From: Paramecium tetraurelia
Lineage: Eukaryota
NCBI GenBank assembly: GCA_000165425.1
Contig: CT868057.1
Location: forward strand, 1 to 64,000
Reading direction: 5' to 3'
Length of the DNA stretch: 64,000 nucleotides
Shown in pieces: positions 52,994-64,000 of the stretch (its first letter is position 1; each line of letters opens with the position of its first letter). A model generated the notes under the pieces. The model did no database searches. It was not told where the DNA came from and saw only the letters and a program-made list of their open reading frames with translations. The translations under genes and the position numbers were made by a program.

Positions 52994-54787
52994 ATGGCTT
53001 CAGCCTTTCCTAAATTGCCTGGCTTTGTACCCACCCAAGAATTAGATGTAACATACCTATTTAAGCTCTTTAGAAACCCAACTTCAGAAAGGTGTCAGCT
53101 GCCAAACAGGATCAAAACAGAGAAATTGTAACTAATTGAAATTCTAACCTCTTATTTATAGAAACAACTGCCAAACAAAGAATATCCAGTTCCTCGCAAG
53201 TAACCAACACAAGTGCCATCACAAACAGGAATGTTCAACCCCGATTATTTGAGCACTACTCATGCTATGCATTTGCCAAAGGTATCCATTCGAATCAGTT
53301 ACATCTCTAAGAATTCCAACAATGATTCAGAAGAGCTCTACCAACCCAGTTGGGTCAAGATGGACAGACACGTTCTCAGATTCAGTGGCTTCTTCAAAGA
53401 GGCTGTTGTTGAGTCAGCCCTTGAAAATTACAGAATTCGCAAACTAACTATATTTTACTATTTGGAAGACCATTCAATTAGCATTACCGAACCTAAATAA
53501 GAAAATAGTGGTGTTCCCTAGGGAGCCTTCCTTAAAAGATAGAAAGTAAAAACCTCTCCTTAATGATGCTTAAGGTTCTAAGGGCTGATGGTTCAAAAAC
53601 ATTCATTATCCCAGAAGATTTTAGAATCAATTAAGACATTGAGATATTTGGCAAAACCATTAGACTCTACGATTGCGATCAATATACTAGAGAGTTTTAT
53701 GAGGTTTCATTATCATATTAAATAACTTACAGGGTATTGGACAACCCCAAGAGCACTCCTTCACCCCATAATCCGATTCATTTGAAACTAAGACCATGAC
53801 TAAATATATTCCCCAGAAGGATACCGTCATGAAAGACTACTTGGAACATAAATTAGGAGGAGGAAGGGTTACATCTCAAAAGCAATTCTTAGAAAACGAT
53901 AGGAAAGTATTATGATTCATCCCTACTTAAGGTTCTTAAATTCTATGTGTTTTCCGATATTGAATATGTCTTGCATTACTATCTGGCTGATGATACCATA
54001 GAAATAAAGGAAATTAATTCAGCTAACTCAGGAAGAGTGCCATTCCCCATGATGTTGAGGAGGTAGAAATTACCACGAAAGTTCTCTCTCAATCAGCCTG
54101 GATAAACATATGCTGAAGATTTCATTAGACCTCAGGATATTCAATTTGGATAACCACTAATCATTTACAACAGAAAATTTGTTATTCAAGGTTGTGATCC
54201 CTTTACAAGATATTATTATTAAGAAAAATTTAATGTCGATTTCCCTTTGGGTGGATAGGAAGAATAATAAATGGAACAAAGATCCAGTATTAGTTATCGA
54301 TAATATCATTAGACATTATTATTCCTCCTCATAATGGTATTGGAGATGAGTAGGATTCCTTAGGATACATTTACAGATTGTAACCAATACCTCCCAAGAA
54401 GGATTTCTTTAAATGGGTTGATAATCAAGTGAATCTTAGATTTTTGGCCATGTTCAATACCACAAAACCTGAAGATAAAGACAGGTATTATTTTGAAATT
54501 ATCCATAGAGTCTTTGTGATTACTTATTTCTTAAATGATGACAGTCTTTTAGTTTATGAACCAACTGTTAGAAATTCAGGTATCTTAAAATAACCATAAA
54601 TTTGATAGGCATTCCAGATGGCAAATTTTTAGAGAAAAGAAAGTACAAAAACGCTTATAATAATCATGAGTTTTTCTCACCTAAAGATTTGATTGTAGGC
54701 AATGAAGTCACGATCAATGGGTGGAAATTTTAATTACTTGATTGTGATGAGTTCACTAAAAAATGGTATGCTGAAAATTTTAAATGA
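52994..54787 (+). CDS. RIB72: EFHC/RIB72 axonemal protein with three DM10 domains and no EF-hand tail
   Basis: MASAFPKLPG; WVKMDRHVLRFSGFFKE..YYLEDHSISITEP..NSGVPQGAFLKR; FLENDRKVLKF; IPPHNGIGDEQDSL; third DM10 ending CDEFTKKWY; many introns. Confidence 0.93.
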
Positions 54788-54833
54788 CATTTATCTATAT
54801 CTAAACATAATAATTAAATTAATTATTAAGCAA

Positions 54834-55961
54834 ATGGGGAATGGTTAATGTTAACAAACTAATCTAAAGAGTGAAGTCAACATGATTATCACTGAGGAAA
54901 ACGTACATTCAGATGAATCAGAGCATAATCTTACATCAAAAATTACTGATCGAGTTTATAAAGTCAATTTTGTTAGAAATGAACTGATGCAGAGATTGCA
55001 GTCAATCAATCAAGAAACGTAAAAATTTCAAAATATTACCAAGAATAGTCTATTATATTTAACAGAACTAATTTTATAACTGAATAAATATACTGTAGGA
55101 TAATTGAAAACCATGATGATTGGAGCACATAAGACTTATCAAATATTAATATAGGCTATTATTAAGATGAAACCTGAAAACACTGAAACTATTCCTGTTT
55201 TAAGTGAGGAATTTAATAATTTTAAACTTTTCTATGAATTGTAAACATAGCCAGCCTAATAATTGTATTATAGGCCCGTTTATAATGAAAATTATGAAAT
55301 CGTTAGAGAAATAAGAGTTAAAAGAATAAGAAATTATGTAATCAAAGAAGATAATGTAACAGATCTCTAAAAAACCTAATAAAGATTATAATATTGGATA
55401 CAATTGAGCCAAAAAAAGCACCCTAACCTATTAAATCTAAGGGCTGCAGTGATTCAGAAAAACGTATGCAAATATGTTACTGACTATATTGATGGAATAA
55501 CATTGGATAAGTTTCAAAATAAAAATATTTAAACTAAAGAGAAAATCAAAATACTGTAATAAATGGTGGATTCCTTGCGAATGCTACACTCCTAATAATT
55601 GGTTCACGGGGACATTAAGCCTTCAAATTTTATGGTTACTCCGCAATATCAAGTGGTTTTATTGGATCTTGATTAATTAGGAGCTGAGAGACAGTCGGCT
55701 GATATGACTTATTTGTATTCGTTTAAGGATGATCAATGCCCAACATTCTAAGGAGATGTGTGGTCTCTTGGATTATGCATATATTCATTGTTCTTTGGAC
55801 AAAGAATAGAAAAAAATTGGACTATCGATGATTACAAGGGGAGAGATTTCCCTGCTTTTAATATAAGAACTTATGGACCGGTGTAATAAATTTTAGATGC
55901 TTGTATTGTTGATAGCCCAAAAGATATCTGGTACATTAGTACTCTTAGTAAGCAGTTATGA
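54834..55961 (+). CDS. Divergent Ser/Thr protein kinase with MG-x-C N-terminus
   Basis: MGNGQC; YVIKE; HGDIKPSNFMV; VVLLDLD; GDVWSLGLC; 3' end may extend to ~56010 if a last intron is spliced. Confidence 0.8.
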
Positions 55962-56038
55962 TATAAGATATTCATGTAACAGTTGAATCACTTATTTAAA
56001 TCAATATTGATATTTTTAAATATATAATGAATGTAGAA

Positions 56039-58884
56039 TCAATCATCTTCAGGTTGAACATCAAATATGCTTTTTTGAGGATTTCCAAATTGTGATTTGT
56101 ATTCTTCAGATGCACAAGTTTATGCTAAAAGGATTAGAAATCTTTCTAATTTGATATGCAATGGTTATTATTGACGTTATTCCCAACTCATATCTGGAGC
56201 AGCTGGCAATGAAACCTTCTCAGCAATTCTGGCTATAGCTTCCAAGAATTCTACAAAGGTCATTTAGAAGATCCTATCACTTTCTAATTCATCTATTTAC
56301 AACATCATGGATAAATTGAATGCCTACTATATCAAATTTGAATACCAAATCTGCATCTCTATCAACGAATTTTTCATCGAATAATCCTGCTTGACCACAT
56401 ATTTCATGTAATTCGTCAAGACACATAAATTTCTTCTACCCTGGTTTCACTTTCTTTATACTATACCTGTTATACACATAATTTAACAAGGTTTTGTAAT
56501 ACTTTAAACAATCATCACATTACTCATTAAAGTATCTCTCATCTCTCCATTTTTATGCATTATATTATGACATGATAGGTCTGCATTGCTCTAAAATCAT
56601 TTACACAGATTCCACCATGTTATTGGCTTATTTTTGTTTCAAGTATTTGTCATCAGAGACTCTCACTAGGAATTCCATAAATTGATATCTACACAAGGCT
56701 CTTTCTGGATTTCTATAGTTCCCTTTATATTCAATTGAAGCAGCACAAGTGGCAATAAATTTGAGATCCAAATCAGAAAGCTTAAATGTTTTATTGTCAA
56801 CCAACTCTGTTGAAGATGAGAAGTCTGTGATTACATTCGATGAAATTGACCAAACATCTCCAGATGGATTGTATGATGAATACCATTTATAAGTTTCTTT
56901 GATCATTTTGTAATCTTTCCATAATAAATTTTTGACTTCATTAAATTCATCTGGATTTTTCACAACTTTTGATATTTTACTGCAACTCCAATCCTTTTCA
57001 AAACATTTCCTTAAGAATTCTTCATTTTCAAATCGAAAATCCTTAAACCAAATCGAAATTGGAAAGGACCAAATTCTTTTTTATTTCTTTAATTTAGGTG
57101 GAATGTATATTGGATCTGGAGTCCTTGGAAGCACTGAAGTATGAGCCTTCATCTCTTTTTTATCCATTAATTAAAAATGCTTCAACTTCTTCACAACATT
57201 AATATTGTCTAATTGACAACTCACATTGATTCCATTCACTTTGAGTTTAATCACATGACCAAATTTCATATTTTCATAATTTGCACCTGTAGTTTAATTG
57301 TCAATTACTGTAAATAGAAATTGAGTCTATCCAGCAGGAACCATTAAGGGTAACTTATAAGTACCATCATTTCTTTTGGGAACGTAGACTTGCTTATATT
57401 CTTCAAAATTCATATGCAAAAATAATGGATCACATTCTCCATCTGGAATCCAATCAAATACCTGTTCTTACCATCCTTCACAAATCCAACACACATCTTC
57501 ATGTCTCAAAGTTGTAACTTATTCCAACCCTTTAATCCTCAAAGTTTCTCCTAAAACCTTCTGTTACGAATTCTCATCAATAATTAAAAATCCTCTTGGA
57601 TCTACTACTCCCCAATTACCTGCAAAGTGGAATCCATACATAGTTCTATTTGGTTTCAAACTGCTAGCAATTAATTTACAATCCGGTAATGTGAATTGAT
57701 TGGCTGATAAATCACAGTGTAACATGACCTTATTTTGACTTAAGAAGTCACACACTTTTTGAGTACAATTAGACTTTTCACTAATTCCAAAACTGTTCCA
57801 ACTTCCATCGAAAACAATCATGTTCTTATTTTCTACCAATGCCTCAAAGATTTTCTATCCTCCAGACCCTTTTATTTAATTCTATATTTTCAATTATATT
57901 ATATACCCAGTGAATATATAATTCTTCCAAATTATCCAATTACAAAATGATCTCCTTCATTAAATCACAAATCTCATTTGTTAAAAAGTTTTTGGAAATA
58001 TTCAGGACTTTCACTTTATTTTACGTATTTAATAAACACTTCAAAATCCTCATGACAAACTTATCTCCAAGCTTGTTGTCTTCAATATTAATCACTTCCA
58101 TCCTTTATTTATGAGGAATTTGTACTTATTCTCTCTCATTTGCAATTATTGACATAGACAATCCACTCCCAATGATCCAATGTCATTTTTAGATAAATCC
58201 ACTACTGTTGCTTGCTTTCCAATCTAATTCAATATAGTAACAGCACCATCCTATTTGATTCTGTTGTTGCTTAACAAAAACTCCTTGATCCCCTAATTCT
58301 GTCGCAAACCTTCAGATAACACACTTATATATTTATCACCATAATGATGATTATTAATCGATACTTATGATTCACTACCATTGAGTTTAATGAGACCCAA
58401 TTTACAAGGTAACACATCTACTGATTCTGCCTACTTGAGCATCTAAGTTTATATTGAATCATTAATTTTGTGATATTCATTTTGTTGTTTCACCTTAGTA
58501 AGTACTTTGTAATGTTAAAAATAACTGCGGGCAGATTAAGATCCTACTAATTGCTTTGGAATTTAATCCTCCAACTTCTGTTCTGGCGATTCTTATAACT
58601 ATCTCATAATATCTTTATCTGTTAATTTATCCTCCTCCTTTTTTATCGGTTACAAAACACTAAAACGATCCACTCGCTAAAACATTTATCTTTTCCCCGC
58701 AGGGCTGTATAATTAAGGAAAAGGTGAAGCTGCGCTTAAATTTATCATTACTGTTCAAATCATGTGGGTTTCCAACAGACATAGCTTTTGAGTAATCCTC
58801 AACTGTCTTGTCGCTGAATTGCAAACTAGCAATCTTACGTTTTGACCCCTAGATTGAAAACTTATTTGATAATCCCACATGCAT
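56039..58884 (-). CDS. RNI-type LRR protein with CWIC motif, CBM48-like module and C-terminal EF-hand-like helical region
   Basis: LxxNxI repeats at 57.6-58.4 kb; DVCWICEGW; LCRYQFMEFLVR; MTFVEFLEAIARIAE. Confidence 0.85.
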
Positions 58885-58945
58885 TTTTATATAAAATATA
58901 AAATAATAATGGAACAAAAGAAAATACAATTTTATTCTCAAAATT

Positions 58946-59423
58946 ATCAAAGCTCAATTAATAATGTTAACAATTTCTAAGCAAGTCCAAATTTATCAAT
59001 TTGTTATTGTCGATTTTGTATCTAACCCTCCTCCGCTTTCTTCAAATATAACTCCACCCTTCAATCAATAGATTAGTTAGTTGTTGAATGGATCTACCTT
59101 TTTGATCTTGAGTATCTTGATAGAATAGTTATATCGGAAATAATCCTAATTTAGTTACAAATTTGACATTATTATTATAGAAGGAAATTCTTAATTTTGG
59201 ATTAATAGCAACTCTAAGTAAATGTACCTTTGTATTTTCTTATTTACTTCTCTTTTGATTCTTTCTGTATATCAGGGTTATGGATTCTCCTTTAGTTATA
59301 GGGAATTATTAGATTATACTGTAATAAACTACACTTTTGTATTTAGATTTATTTTATTAATTTTTTAGGTAAGCCTTCTTAAATTGATTCGAATTAAACT
59401 GGCTTATTTCGTATTTCATACAT
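58946..59423 (-). CDS. Hypothetical small protein
   Basis: Coding-like segments (IEGVELYLKKAEEG..KLLTLLIEL*) that need at least one intron; structure uncertain. Confidence 0.35.
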
Positions 59424-59481
59424 ATTAAAGAATATAATTTTTAAATCCTAAAATAATATTACTTTATTATAATATAAAAGT

Positions 59482-59841
59482 ATGAATGATTCAATTTATA
59501 ATATAACAGAACGTATTGATGATAGTTAGAATGACAAAAGTTAGGAAGAACCATAAAATAACTAGTAACATGACCCATAACAATTATAGAGAAAAATACT
59601 ACCTACACAAATATAGATGCTTATCTAAGAATAAATGCCTATCTAAGAATAAATGCCAATAGGGAACTAGAACTCAAATTTGAATAAGAATTAAGAAAAA
59701 TGCATTCTTATGGAAAAGGATCAATAAAACTTAGAAGAGGAGAGTATGTATGATTAGAAAATTATTAATGAAATTGAAGATGAAATAGAAGAAATGGAAG
59801 AGGAAGATAATTTGAATGAAAACGGAGATAACTCATTTTGA
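59482..59841 (+). CDS. Small acidic hypothetical protein
   Basis: MNDSIYNITERIDD..; internal 18-nt duplication (MLIQEQ/MPIQEQ); intron at ~59745; TGA 59839-59841. Confidence 0.55.
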
Positions 59842-60129
59842 TATTTACTATTCTTTTTAAACGAATGTCTTAATATTTCTAATATCATGACTTTAATACT
59901 TGAAAGTGTAAAAAATCATTTTCTAAATTTTTTCTAATTTAAAAAATTTGATCAATTATAATGGATTAAAAAATATTATAACATTTTAAAATTGTGATCT
60001 TTCCTGAAGAGGAGTAGACGCACTTAATTATAAAGTAGTTTTAATACTACATCTAAGAAATTTACTAGAGACTACCTTACATTAAGCGATGCGATCTAAA
60101 ATATGAAAATAAATTATTAAATATTTTAA

Positions 60130-61900
60130 ATGAATCGAAGGCCCAATGGTTAAGATGAAAATTTAAGTTGGATTTTGAAGTATACGAATGAATTTGAATA
60201 AGAACATATAGAGAGCCAACATATGCATATACTGAAATAGGAACAATTTGGATAATTGAAATAGTCAGATGAGATTTTGAGTGCTTAACTGTTTACTTTT
60301 TGGAATGGAAATTTAGAAAACAGTAAATTTATATTAATGCCGAATTTGTTAATTAAAGTCACGCAATAAAATGGAATGTTAATGCCTCCTTAATAATAAT
60401 TTAATTTAGGGAGCGGTGCATTTTATTTATCATTATCAGAATGCACAATTACCTAAAAAATGATAGCTCATAAATCGCAATAGGCTTTCGGGATGATGTT
60501 ATCGAATTCAATTGGAACAACTTACTTATTTTTTTCGAATTTTGTGACATTTCGAACCTGGTACAAACAAATGAAATAGTTTTGCAAGCTCACAGGATTC
60601 TTAGAAAAATACAAGTTAGGTGAAAAGATATTGCCTGGATTTTACACTTGCACGAAGAAGAAGAAAAAGACTCAATACACATGTTAAATCTATAAAACAG
60701 ATGACTTTGAATAATGTAAAGAGTTGGAGGATGCAGTTTATAATGAGATATAAATTTTACGAAGCATAAGACACTAATCATTGTTAGAGTTGAAGAGAGT
60801 GTATGAGAATAGCAAATACCTATTCATTGTATATGAATATTACAAAGGAGAGACCTTATTTAATCTTTTGAATTCAAATCTTTAACTTCACGAAGTTTAA
60901 ATTGCATCTGTATATAATTCCCATTTAAAAATAGATAATATATTAAATCTTATCAGTAGTGAAATTTCTTAATCAGCATTAATTTTATCATGGTAGTATC
61001 AACCCTTAGAATATATTAATCAATACTCAACATTAGATGTTGCAAATTACATTGATCAATTTATCATTCAAAGAGTACAAGGTGAATGACAAATTAGATT
61101 GGATTCTGAATAGGGCAGTTGAATCCTTTTTGGCCCCTGAAATTTTCGAAGGAATAGCTCCCAATATTGCCACTGATATCTACGCTTTAGGGTGTGTGTT
61201 ATATTTTATGACTTACTATGACCCTAAAAAATATGAAGTAAGTGTTTGATATTTTACATTTAATTTATAGTTAACAAATGAAGAAAAGGATTTCTACACT
61301 GTAATGGATAGTTTTGAAATACAGACAAATCGTATAGACGAGAGTGAATAGAAATTAAAAGTGGGTTTCTAATAAAATCAATCTAAGAGTAATGTGAGTT
61401 CATCCTAATTGGACCTACTAAGGAAGATGTTAGAATAAGATTCAAGTAAGTTCATAAATATATGAGATAAAAGATTGACTATAAAAGATGCAACTAAACA
61501 CCATTGGTTTGTTAATGTGAAAAGTAAAATAAAATCATTGAAAGTGGAGAGAAAAAGAAAGAAACCTCTTCCTAGTCTTAGGACTATCATAGAATTGAGG
61601 GAAATGAGTGAAATGGATGTTAGAATGACAATTATTCAACAATAGCAAAGCGGGTTAAATGCAATCAATCATATGAATTCAAAACTGCAAAGTACTCCGT
61701 CCAATACAAAACGCACTTTAGTTTATACTCAACAACCCTCCAAACTAAGTTAATATGCAGGCAAGAATGAATTTGATGATGATTACGAAAGTATGTTGTG
61801 ATAATAGTTAGTTCCTGATGAGGATCTTTCTTTAGAAGTTCCCGTTATTAATTATAAAAGAGAACCAAAACGAAAACCGTCAAATATAAGACGGCTTTGA
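60130..61900 (+). CDS. PH-like domain + CAMK-like pseudokinase
   Basis: YHGSINPQNILI (catalytic Asp->Ser); ITLINLS in place of DFG; FLAPEIF; DIYALG; RLTIKDATKHHWF. Confidence 0.85.
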
Positions 61901-61931
61901 AAATTTTAATAACTATATAGAAATTAATAAA

Positions 61932-63364
<1,433 letters not shown>

Positions 63365-63491
63365 TAATTGCCTAATTATATATTATTCAAATATTAGTAT
63401 AACATATTCCAAACCATTTTTTAAATAAGTTCATCAAAGATTTCATTATTTTATCAAAATTCCTTATTTTTTATAAGATGTAAACAGATTA

Positions 63492-64000
63492 TCAATCAAA
63501 TATATAATAATATAAACTTACCAATAATATGAAAGCACAAATTCCTAAAACCAACCAATCATATTTGGAATTAGTTCCAGTTTCCTCCTCCAACTTTACT
63601 TCCTTCTCTTTTTAAGCCAATTTGTCCACCTTTTTGATAATCTTTGATTTTCTCATTTTCCAATTTTATTCTTTCAACCATTTTCTGAGATCCTTCATAT
63701 TTTGAAGGAACAATTATTTGAATTCTTCTTGTACAGAGGAATCAGATAAATCAATTCCAAATTAGGCTGCTTTCTCATTTACAATTGGTTTTGTAAAATT
63801 TGATCTACTTATTCTTTCAATCTTCATTTTAGTAGACATTAATTAAGCCAAGAATTGTCTATGTTTTTCAGCCTCTTCATTTTTTCCTTGAGTTTCATAT
63901 AAATGTAAGATTTACACCCCTCTACTCTCTATAAACTTACCAAGTTCATTGATTTCCTCTGGTATCTGAATACTTGTGTCCTCTTCAAAACTTGGTTCAT
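63492..64000 (-). CDS. 3' end of a gene encoding a probable tail-anchored membrane protein (partial)
   Basis: Open frame from the window edge ending KYDWLVLGICAFILLVSLYYYIFD*. Confidence 0.75.

Overview
AT-rich, gene-dense ciliate macronuclear DNA, almost certainly Paramecium. TAA/TAG read as Gln, TGA is the only stop, and introns are ~21-31 nt GT..AG, so the supplied standard-code ORF track fragments nearly every gene. I re-translated by eye, so boundaries and family calls are unverified by search. Bases ~1-18 kb are an accessory-like zone: a Cys-rich surface protein, a tetraspanin, WD40 and MORN-like repeat genes, several decayed paralog fragments and a 150-nt N gap. Bases ~18-64 kb are tightly packed core genes: DHHC palmitoyltransferase, CHAT protease, RNAi-type RdRP, LRR, Lon, Ariadne, cofilin, SCP2, AAGAB, Tim44, Myb, two CBM20 genes, FtsX-like permease, DOMON, RING, SmE, EFHC/RIB72, kinases and Vps4. 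The most notable observations are: (1) a co-oriented LRR -> RdRP -> CHAT array in which the LRR stop overlaps the RdRP first ATG (ATGA); (2) a caspase-fold CHAT protease fused to a Cys/His cluster and a degenerate STAND-like NTPase; (3) a Lon whose Ser-Lys dyad aligns to Cys/Ser while the ATPase is intact; (4) divergent SmE and EFHC start codons only 21 bp apart. Any functional link between neighbouring genes is hypothesis only.
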